From contig JAFQPR010000076.1 in NCBI GenBank assembly GCA_017411605.1, forward strand, positions 2,328 through 66,327: a DNA stretch of 64,000 nt. Direction: 5' to 3'. How positions within the stretch are numbered: position 1 is the stretch's first letter; every line of letters begins with the position of its first letter. Source of the DNA: Clostridia bacterium (lineage in GTDB: Bacteria; Bacillota; Clostridia; Oscillospirales; CAG-272). The position numbers were made by a program, and so were the translations under genes. The notes beneath the pieces were generated by a model. The model was not told the DNA's origin, did no database searches, and saw only the letters and a program-made list of their open reading frames with translations. This document shows, in pieces, positions 57,063-64,000 of this stretch.

Positions 57063-57211
57063 AATATAAAGCTCCAAATCCAAATTTTACAAAAAATACT
57101 TCATTAGTCTATCATATCCATTGACGAAATGCAATAGTTTTTCGTAGATATATTGAAAAAAACTATAGGTAATAGCAATTTGTATGTAGCTTTGCGGGTA
57201 TAAAAAAGTTA

Positions 57212-57265
57212 GAAAAAAAACAAACGCAGCCCGAGCAATGAAAATAACTCGTTCTGCGTTTGTCG
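57212..57265 (-). terminator. Intrinsic terminator of ppiB
   Basis: Minus strand: ACAAACGCAG ... CTGCGTTTGT stem followed by TTTTTTTTT. Confidence 0.85.
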
Positions 57266-57269
57266 TATT

Positions 57270-57743
57270 TTAAGCTATATAAGCCTTTTTAATTCTTACC
57301 GCGATCTTAGGTCTGTCGCTGTAATCGGTTGGAATAGATGCAATCTCGTCAACGACCTCAATTCCGGAAATAACCTTACCGAATGCCGCATAAGAGCCGT
57401 CGAGGTGAGGAGCATCGGCGTGCATAATGAAGAACTGCGAGGATGCCGAGTTAGGATCGAACGCTCTTGCCATTGAGAGAACTCCGCGCTCGTGCTTGAG
57501 TGTGTTTTGGCTGAATCCGTTTGCTCTGAACTCTCCCTTGATCTTCTTTTCGGAGCCGCCCATTCCGTTTCCGAGAGGATCTCCGCCCTGAATCATAAAT
57601 CCGGGAATAACTCTGTGAAACGTGAGTCCGTCGTAGAAGCCCTGTGAAACGAGAGATTCAAAATTCTTAACTGTTTCGGGAGCGAATTCGGGGTAAAGCT
57701 CGAGCTCGATCTTGCCGCCGTTTTCCATTTCGATAACTACCAT
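57270..57743 (-). CDS. ppiB: Cyclophilin-type peptidyl-prolyl cis-trans isomerase
   Basis: FHRVIPGFMIQGGDP.GNG.GG and SMAR....NSASSQFFI are cyclophilin motifs. Confidence 0.9.
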   Translation of the reverse strand: MVVIEMENGGKIELELYPEFAPETVKNFESLVSQGFYDGLTFHRVIPGFMIQGGDPLGNGMGGSEKKIKGEFRANGFSQNTLKHERGVLSMARAFDPNSASSQFFIMHADAPHLDGSYAAFGKVISGIEVVDEIASIPTDYSDRPKIAVRIKKAYIA

Positions 57744-57822
57744 ATTTTTTCTCCTTTATTGGTTTATTTTTATATTTTTTACATAAAATAAAGTAATATC
57801 TATAAAACTGATAGAGGTTTTT

Positions 57823-58911
57823 ATGAATAAAGAAAGAGTTGAAAAAACAAGAGATATTTTACTTGTAATAATACTTTCGGCAATTTTTTTGTACGTTGGC
57901 GCAAAATTCTTATTACCCGTAATACTTCCGTTTGCGATAAGCTTCGGTATTGCCGCTCTTATGCGCAAGCCATCCGACTTTATTGCAAAAAAGCTTAGAA
58001 TAAATAAGAAAATAGTAAGACCCATCCTGTCTGTTTTGATAATGCTTGCCGCTGTCGGAGTATTTGTCTTCGGCATCGTCCGCCTTGCGTCCGAGGCGTG
58101 GGAGCTACTTCGGGGAATAACCGAGAGTGGGGAGCTTGAAAAGCTGTTGGCTTCGGTGAAGGGGATTTTCGGTAACTGGATGGGAAAGCTCGGTCTTCCG
58201 AGCGATCTTGAAACGGGAATTGAAGAAGCTTTATTGGGACTTGTATCAAGCCTTGTGTCGGGTGCTGCGGGTATAGTAAGCTCGGTCGCATCTGCCGTAC
58301 CCAAAATATTGCTTTTCGTTCTTGTTTCGGCTATTTCAACCGTTTATTTTGCTATAGATTTTGAAGATATAGAGAGAGCATTGATATCCGTTTTGCCGAA
58401 GTCTTTAAAAAATAAAACAGATTCTTTTAAAGAAAATACCGCTAAGATGCTCGGAAAATACGTAAAATCTTATTTTCTGATCATGCTTTTAACGTTTGCG
58501 ATGATGCTATTTGGACTTACTTTGCTCGGTGTGAGATATTCGGTTTTGCTTGCGTTTATCATTGCGCTTCTCGATCTTTTGCCCGTGTTGGGTATCGGTA
58601 TAGTTCTTGTTCCTTGGGGAGCGCTTATGCTTCTTTTCGGAAAAGTAAAGCTCGGAATAGGACTTTTGATATTATATGCGATAGGAACTGTAATAAGGCA
58701 GATAGCCGAGCCAAAGATCGTGGGCAAAAGCCTTGGTATACATCCGCTCTTAACACTTGTTTTTATGTACGTGGGCTATTCGCTTTTCGGCTTGTTCGGA
58801 CTTATCTTTTTACCGCTTGTCGCCGTATTTATATCGGGATTTTCAAAAAAGAAAATTCCGCCCATATCAAAAAGCGAGTCGGACTTTTCATCAAGCGAAA
58901 CGCACTCGTAG
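57823..58911 (+). CDS. AI-2E family transporter (YtvI-like sporulation integral membrane protein)
   Basis: About 8 TM helices with the ...D.LP.LG.G.VL.PW... and ...R...EPK..G.S.G.HPL... patterns typical of the AI-2E/YtvI family. Confidence 0.75.
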   Translation: MNKERVEKTRDILLVIILSAIFLYVGAKFLLPVILPFAISFGIAALMRKPSDFIAKKLRINKKIVRPILSVLIMLAAVGVFVFGIVRLASEAWELLRGITESGELEKLLASVKGIFGNWMGKLGLPSDLETGIEEALLGLVSSLVSGAAGIVSSVASAVPKILLFVLVSAISTVYFAIDFEDIERALISVLPKSLKNKTDSFKENTAKMLGKYVKSYFLIMLLTFAMMLFGLTLLGVRYSVLLAFIIALLDLLPVLGIGIVLVPWGALMLLFGKVKLGIGLLILYAIGTVIRQIAEPKIVGKSLGIHPLLTLVFMYVGYSLFGLFGLIFLPLVAVFISGFSKKKIPPISKSESDFSSSETHS

Positions 58912-59546
58912 CCTGCGTTTTTCAGCGCGCCTTCAATCTTTGCGCCGCAGGGATGCGCTGCAAGATTTCCGATGAAGTATACTGTATTGCGGAAAACACC
59001 TGCAGTGCCGCCGATAAAACCGAATTTATAAGGCGGAAGCTTTATTGCCTCACTGTCGGATATGTCGATGATCTCGATATTCTCTGATTTGAGCGCGCGC
59101 GCCATACCCGAATCTGCGGTAATAGCAAGCTTATCTCCGATACCAAGTGTGACGCACGCAGGGTATCCCTGCGATACGGGGATAATCTTGAGCCCTTCGT
59201 TATTTGCGTACTCATTAATACTCTTTGATAGGTGTTCTGTCTTTGCGAATAGCTTGTCACCGATTATAAGGCAGTTAAAAATTCTGTCCTTCGGATACTC
59301 GCCCTCGGGCGCCTCGTCTGCAAGTAAGACTTGGATTCCCGGAATATCACTTATATTGTTTATGAGATTTTGATTTTTGTGAAAATAGCCCTGTGAGGTT
59401 ATTAATGTATTATTATGACGGAAGAATAGCATATCGGTATGCGAAGCAACAGGAGGAGAGAGTCTTTCATCACTTCTCAGCTTTATTACCGTAAATCCAC
59501 GTTCCGCGAGCGCACTCTCGCAGCTATGCGGTATTCTTTCGTCCAC
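58776..59546 (-). CDS. Conserved hypothetical protein (possibly a guanidino-modifying-enzyme-like fold); start uncertain
   Basis: The ORF is open from TTG 59606, but 59553-59588 is the rpmB terminator hairpin. In-frame TTG 59549 and GTG 59546 follow it. There is no ATG until about codon 58. The 3' end overlaps the convergent transporter gene. Confidence 0.5.
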   Translation of the reverse strand: MDERIPHSCESALAERGFTVIKLRSDERLSPPVASHTDMLFFRHNNTLITSQGYFHKNQNLINNISDIPGIQVLLADEAPEGEYPKDRIFNCLIIGDKLFAKTEHLSKSINEYANNEGLKIIPVSQGYPACVTLGIGDKLAITADSGMARALKSENIEIIDISDSEAIKLPPYKFGFIGGTAGVFRNTVYFIGNLAAHPCGAKIEGALKNAGYECVSLDEKSDSLFDMGGIFFFENPDINTATSGKKISPNKPKSE

Positions 59547-59552
59547 CAAAGC

Positions 59553-59588
59553 AAAAAGACTTCCGCACTCACTAGCGGAAGTCTTTTT
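59553..59588 (-). terminator. Intrinsic terminator of rpmB
   Basis: AAAAAGACTTCCGC-tagtgagt-GCGGAAGTCTTTTT, a 14-bp perfect stem with a T-run, immediately after the rpmB stop. Confidence 0.85.
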
Positions 59589-59592
59589 GGAA

Positions 59593-59778
59593 TTAAGCGC
59601 GCTCAACCTTACCGGAGCGAAGGCAACGAGAGCAAACCGAAATAGTCTGATTCGTTCCGTTTACAACAGCCTTAACCTTACGGATGTTAGGCTTCCAGGT
59701 TCTGTTTGTTTTACGGTTAGAGTGGGAAACGTTATGTCCAAAGGTAACGCCCTTACCGCAGATACTGCACTTAGCCAT
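59593..59778 (-). CDS. rpmB: 50S ribosomal protein L28
   Basis: MAKCSICGKGVTFGHNVSHSNRKTNRTWKPNI.KV is the canonical L28 sequence. AGGAGG SD upstream. Confidence 0.95.
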   Translation of the reverse strand: MAKCSICGKGVTFGHNVSHSNRKTNRTWKPNIRKVKAVVNGTNQTISVCSRCLRSGKVERA

Positions 59779-59860
59779 TTTGACACCTCCTGAAAAACTA
59801 CGCTGAAAAAAACAGCGCGATTTATCTCAATTTATTAAAAATCATAAATCAACGTTCCTT

Positions 59861-59889
59861 ATTATATCATATACTTTTTCAAAATGCAA
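59861..59889 (-). promoter_or_regulatory. Candidate rpmB promoter
   Basis: Minus strand: TTGCAT, 17-nt spacer, TATAAT, preceded by TGa. Confidence 0.55.
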
Positions 59890-59916
59890 GAGTTTTTTGA
59901 AATTTTTTTAAATAAA

Positions 59917-60627
59917 TCAATCATCTGTTGCGACTATTCTGTTCTTCACGTATGAGAGAACGAAATAATATATGAAAATAAGCGCTAAATCAAAAATAAA
60001 CGAAAACACAATGTAAAAAATCTCGCCTACCGTAATACTTCCGGAATAATCTACAAGGAAAATCGCGGTATCGATTATTTCCTTTATAAAGAAATACGAG
60101 AAGCCGATAAGTGATAAGAGAGCAAAGCTCAGCGAGATAGGATCCGAAAAATCGAGTTTTGTATGTTGAAGAATAAGCTCCGACGGAGAGAGGGCGGATT
60201 TGTTTGCCTTTTTGATAACAAGAAGCATGAAGCCAAAAGCGAGAAGGGTTAATCCGTAAGCCAGAGCGGCTTCTCCCACTGCGGTCAGAATGCCGAAAAG
60301 AATAGCTTCAATGCTGTCAAAGCCATCATATATATAAATAAGGTAGAAATACGGAATGAAATAAATCGTTCTGGCGGCAGAAAAGGCAATAAGTGATAGA
60401 AAAGCGCGCTTGCTCTTATCCGAAAAATAAAGAATTAACGTCAACGTAGCCGAGATGAACAGCATAAGAAAATAGATAAGTCTTTGAGCAAATATCCATA
60501 TGTAAGCGAGAGGCTCCACCTCATAAAAGATTTGGTTTGAGAGGTAGTAAAGAATGAACGCACCGAGATATCCGAGAAGTAAAAGGAGCGAGCCTCTTTT
60601 TGTAAGTCCCTGGGTTTTTATAGTCAT
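59917..60627 (-). CDS. Polytopic membrane protein, function unknown
   Basis: 236 aa with about 6 hydrophobic helices. AAGGA SD upstream. I recognise no family motif. Confidence 0.6.
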   Translation of the reverse strand: MTIKTQGLTKRGSLLLLLGYLGAFILYYLSNQIFYEVEPLAYIWIFAQRLIYFLMLFISATLTLILYFSDKSKRAFLSLIAFSAARTIYFIPYFYLIYIYDGFDSIEAILFGILTAVGEAALAYGLTLLAFGFMLLVIKKANKSALSPSELILQHTKLDFSDPISLSFALLSLIGFSYFFIKEIIDTAIFLVDYSGSITVGEIFYIVFSFIFDLALIFIYYFVLSYVKNRIVATDD

Positions 60628-60858
60628 TTTATCCGTCCTTTTTGTTAAAAGAAAACTCTGGTATAGATTTTACCACATTTTCCGTCCTTTTGCAATAACG
60701 AAAAAGTAAATATTTTTAATTACGCATAATTTGCTAACTTATAATTGAGCGGGAAATTGTAATTAAAGGTGATTTGAGTTTGTATAGAGCCCATAAGAGA
60801 AAAAACAGGTAAATAGAAGTTCATAATGTTAACAAATTGTAAACTTTTTGTTTTTCTC

Positions 60859-60887
60859 TTGCGTATGCGTGCGCGATATGGTAATAT
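60859..60887 (+). promoter_or_regulatory. Candidate rpsB-tsf promoter
   Basis: TTGCGT, 17-nt spacer, TAATAT, preceded by TGg. It would give a leader of about 120 nt. Confidence 0.5.
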
Positions 60888-61014
60888 ATTAGGGCTGTGC
60901 GACAAACGTACAGCATAAAGAACACACACGACGGGTAGAAGTTTGCCGGTGCTTTGCATAGCAAAGTCGCAGAATTATGCCGCCGTGGAGGAAAAAACCA
61001 AGGAGGAACATAAA

Positions 61015-61764
61015 ATGTTCGAAATTACAATCAAGCAATTGCTTGAAGCAGGTGTTCACTTCGGTCACCCTACTAAGAAGTGGAACCCCAAGATGGCTGA
61101 GTACATCTTCACTCAGAGAAACGGTATTCATATCGTTGACCTTCAGAAGTCTCTCAAGAAGTTTGAGGAGGCTTACAACTACGTTTCCGAGCTCGCTCAG
61201 GAAGGCGGCACAGTTCTTTTCGTAGGAACTAAGAAGCAGGCTGCTGACACTATTAAGGAAGAGGCTGAAAGATGCGGTCTTTACTATGTAAACGCACGTT
61301 GGCCCGGCGGTATGCTTACTAACTTCGGCACTATCCGTAAGTCCATCAAGAGACTTAAGGATCTCGAAAAGATGCAGGCAGACGGTACCTTCGATCTTCT
61401 TCCCAAGAAGGAAGTTGCTAAGAAGCTCAAGGAGATCGAGGATCTTGAGCGTTCTTACGGCGGTATCAAGGAGATGGACAGACTTCCTTCCGCAGTATTC
61501 ATCGTAGATACTCGCAAGGAGAGAAACGCAGTTCTTGAGGCTAAGAAGCTTGGCATTCCCGTAATCGCAATCGTTGATACCAACTGCGATCCCGACGATG
61601 CTGACTACATCATTCCCGGTAACGATGACGCTATCCGCGCTATCAAGCTTATCGGCGCAGCTCTTGCTGATGCTGTTATCGAGGCTCGCGGCGGACTTCA
61701 GGAAACTCTTCCCGAGGAAGTTGCAACCGAAGAAGTTACTGAAGAGGTAGCAGACGCTGAGTAA
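61015..61764 (+). CDS. rpsB: 30S ribosomal protein S2
   Basis: ...[42 protein letters not shown] before ATG 61015. The track ORF opens at 60943. Confidence 0.95.
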   Translation: MFEITIKQLLEAGVHFGHPTKKWNPKMAEYIFTQRNGIHIVDLQKSLKKFEEAYNYVSELAQEGGTVLFVGTKKQAADTIKEEAERCGLYYVNARWPGGMLTNFGTIRKSIKRLKDLEKMQADGTFDLLPKKEVAKKLKEIEDLERSYGGIKEMDRLPSAVFIVDTRKERNAVLEAKKLGIPVIAIVDTNCDPDDADYIIPGNDDAIRAIKLIGAALADAVIEARGGLQETLPEEVATEEVTEEVADAE

Positions 61765-61803
61765 TTATCAGCAATAGGCTTTCGTAACCATACCGAGAGC
61801 GAA

Positions 61804-61830
61804 TTACCGATTCCGCAACGGAATCGGTAA
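61804..61830 (+). other. Perfect 12-bp hairpin in the rpsB-tsf intergenic region, with no U-tract
   Basis: TTACCGATTCCG-caa-CGGAATCGGTAA. Confidence 0.6.
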
Positions 61831-61858
61831 AACACAAAAATAAAAGGAGAATACAAAA

Positions 61859-62779
61859 ATGGCATTTACAGCTAAAGACGTAGCCGAGCTCAGAAAGCAG
61901 ACCGGCTGCGGTATGATGGACTGCAAAAAAGCTCTTACCGATGCAAACGGTGACTTTGAGGCAGCTATAAAGATCCTTCGTGAGAAGGGTATGGCAGCAG
62001 TAGCTAAGAAGGCAGACAGAATTGCTGCAGAGGGTATCGTTGATATTCTTACTATTGGTGACACCACCGCTATGATCGAGGTTAACTCCGAGACAGACTT
62101 CGTTGCTAAGAACGCAGTGTTCCAGCAGTTTGTTAAGGATCTTCTTAAGACCGTTATCGTAAACAAGCCCGCTGATGTTGATGCTCTTATGACTTGCAAC
62201 ATTGAGGGTGATGACGAGGGTACTGTTTCCGATGCTCTTGCATCTAAGACCGGTACTATCGGAGAGAAGCTTTCTATCCGTAGATTTATTATCCTTGAGG
62301 GCGCTGTTGCAACTTATATTCACAATAAGGGCGAGACCGGCGTTGTTGTAACCTTCAAGACTGACGTTGCTGATAAAGCTGAGTTTACCGAGTGCGGAAA
62401 GAACGTTGCACTTCAGGTAGCGGCTATGCCCGTTCTTTATCTCAACAAGGAGAGCGTTCCCGCTTCCGTTATCGAGGCAGAGAAGGAGATTCTCGTTAAT
62501 CAGATGAAGCAGGATCCCAAGATGGCTAACAAGCCCGAGGCAGTTCTTGCAAAGATCGTTGAGGGTAGAATCGGTAAGTACTACGAAACCAACTGCCTTC
62601 TTGAGCAGGCATACGTTAAGGACGATTCCCTTACTGTTGGTAAGTACGTAGCTTCTGTTGCTAAAGAGCTCGGCGGCACTATCATCGTAACCGGCTTCAC
62701 TCGTTTCGATAAGGGCGAAGGCATCCAGAAGAGAGAAGAAGACTTTGCAGCAGAGATTGCAAAGATGGTTAACGGCTAA
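61859..62779 (+). CDS. tsf: Translation elongation factor Ts
   Basis: A..V.ELR..TG.GMMDCKKAL....GD...A...LREKG, the UBA-like N-terminus of EF-Ts. Confidence 0.95.
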   Translation: MAFTAKDVAELRKQTGCGMMDCKKALTDANGDFEAAIKILREKGMAAVAKKADRIAAEGIVDILTIGDTTAMIEVNSETDFVAKNAVFQQFVKDLLKTVIVNKPADVDALMTCNIEGDDEGTVSDALASKTGTIGEKLSIRRFIILEGAVATYIHNKGETGVVVTFKTDVADKAEFTECGKNVALQVAAMPVLYLNKESVPASVIEAEKEILVNQMKQDPKMANKPEAVLAKIVEGRIGKYYETNCLLEQAYVKDDSLTVGKYVASVAKELGGTIIVTGFTRFDKGEGIQKREEDFAAEIAKMVNG

Positions 62780-62807
62780 TTAATAATTAATCGAAAACTT
62801 TATATAA

Positions 62808-62852
62808 AACTGTCGCAGACGGGTGAGCTTGTTTGCGGCAGTTTTTCTTTTT
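62808..62852 (+). terminator. Intrinsic terminator of tsf
   Basis: CTGTCGCAG ... TTGCGGCAG stem (with G-U pairs) followed by TTTTTCTTTTT. Confidence 0.7.
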
Positions 62853-63009
62853 AATATAGTGCGGGAAATCTATTCTGCGGGATTTTTTCGTCAATTTTAC
62901 TAAAATAAATGTAATATTTTTAATATTATATAATATTGAGTTTTTGCTAATTTTATGGTAGAATTAAGATGGTATAAAATGAAATATTTCCGAAAGGAAC
63001 ATAAATACA

Positions 63010-64000
63010 ATGAAAATAAAGCAACTTGGGGCGCTGATCGCAGTCGCGATACTGAGTATCGCGGTATCTATTGGCTTAATATTTACCTCATCAGCCACGG
63101 AAGGTACGTCGGATGGCGGCGCTGATAACGCGGTATGGGAAATAACTCATGCCGACGGAAGTGTAACGTATGCTTATAGCTTCGGCGAAGCATTTAAAAA
63201 GATATCCGACGGAGATTACTTCAAGCTTTTGCCCACCGAGTACGACGTATATCTTCTTGATTATGCCAGAATAGTTCCGTCCTCTCAGGTCAATATAACG
63301 ATAGATATAAGAGGTACGACTATAATTGCTCCCGAATCGGGTGATGTTGACGGTCAGATATTCAACATAAGCGATAAGTACAGCTCGAGATACACCGTTT
63401 TAATGGAAAACGCCAAGATTTATGCGGCTCACGGTGGAAGATGCGCATTTTCCGTCGGAAACACCTCGATTATTAATATCGACGGCGGTGAGGCAGGAGG
63501 AATAATATATGCAGGTGGTGCTTTGAATCTTACATCTAATTATTCGGATCCCGATACGTATTCGGTTATGAAGAATATATATTGCTTCAAGCCTACCGTC
63601 AACATGGCGGGAATGATATGCTCGAGAAATACTTCAAAGCTTAAGCTTATCGATTGCTATGCGGTGGCAACAAAAACGAGCGGTGTTCCTTTGTACGTGA
63701 GAAATTCGGGCGAGATGATTCTTGAAAATTCTCACGGCATATCGCTTGACGGCGGCAACGTATTGCAGTTTGTAGATGTAAGCGAAGAAACAAAATTTAC
63801 TCTTGGTAAAGGAAGCAGCCTATTTGGAAACGTCAAGGATATGACGGATCCTTCTCTTTTGAGAATTCTTTCGGATACTTTTCTCGAGAAGAATTATTCC
63901 ACGAATATTCCCGATGATGCGAGCGTCAAGCAGATATCGAATGCCTTGACTCATATAATACATACCTCTACCGAGGTCGGTAAAGACAGTATAGAGGAAA
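63010..64000 (+). CDS. Secreted or membrane-anchored protein of unknown function, 3'-partial (runs off the window)
   Basis: Not in the ORF track because it has no stop. I translated it by hand from ATG 63010 and found no in-frame stop up to 64000. Hydrophobic N-terminus MKIKQLGALIAVAILSIAVSIGLIF. Confidence 0.6.
   Translation, partial: MKIKQLGALIAVAILSIAVSIGLIFTSSATEGTSDGGADNAVWEITHADGSVTYAYSFGEAFKKISDGDYFKLLPTEYDVYLLDYARIVPSSQVNITIDIRGTTIIAPESGDVDGQIFNISDKYSSRYTVLMENAKIYAAHGGRCAFSVGNTSIINIDGGEAGGIIYAGGALNLTSNYSDPDTYSVMKNIYCFKPTVNMAGMICSRNTSKLKLIDCYAVATKTSGVPLYVRNSGEMILENSHGISLDGGNVLQFVDVSEETKFTLGKGSSLFGNVKDMTDPSLLRILSDTFLEKNYSTNIPDDASVKQISNALTHIIHTSTEVGKDSIEE

Noticed and set aside
57756-58304. 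Antisense or alternative-frame ORFs. This entry also covers 46846-47418, 61736-62323, 11083-11547, 45476-45874, 29430-29870 and similar ORFs in the track.
   Set aside because: Each is nested in a gene with strong family motifs on the opposite strand or in another frame. None has a plausible SD or a recognisable motif.
62922-62937. 16-nt perfect palindrome AATATTATATAATATT upstream of the last gene
   Set aside because: It is composed only of A and T in an AT-rich spacer. It probably just contains the -10 (TATAAT), so it is not convincing as a specific operator.

Overview
This 64 kb chromosomal window has a Firmicutes/Clostridia-like layout: rimO-pgsA, rpsB-tsf, rpmB, tex, a ytvI-like gene, BspA-type LRR proteins, GGAGG-type ribosome-binding sites and many ATGA/TAATG coupled gene junctions. 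I saw no rRNA, tRNA, CRISPR array, transposase or integrase. All calls come from reading the supplied translations and the DNA by eye; no searches were run.

Main blocks:
- 1-7.9 kb: a tightly packed six-gene plus-strand operon, cut at the 5' window edge and closed by a strong terminator. It encodes an acidic coiled-coil protein, an intact Hanks-type Ser/Thr kinase, a paralogous pseudokinase, a RanBP2-type zinc-finger/LRR/5-TM membrane protein, a transglutaminase-like Cys-His-Asp protein and a zinc-ribbon-TerD protein. I cannot match it to a described system, and it is my top candidate for a novel signalling, stress or defence module.
- 8-14.2 kb: threonine-aldolase-like enzyme, an AraC regulator, and a serine hydrolase-uxaB-uxaA operon.
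- 14.3-30.9 kb: a 17-gene minus-strand Wzx/Wzy polysaccharide locus. It has a PglF/PglE/PglC-like initiating block, five glycosyltransferases, two acetyltransferases and a TagD+LicD glycerol-phosphate decoration module. Its core is clearly more AT-rich than its flanks.
- 31-37.9 kb: MazG-like protein, a large lipoprotein, a GH38 alpha-mannosidase and an AraC regulator.
- 38-64 kb: mostly housekeeping genes (rsuA, tex, rimO, pgsA, hom, ppiB, rpmB, rpsB, tsf). Accessory genes are interspersed: an XRE-controlled LRR lipoprotein, a DUF5685-like/J-protein/membrane trio, two fused ABC ATPase-FtsX permeases, an M23 peptidase, an AGCS symporter and a VanZ protein.
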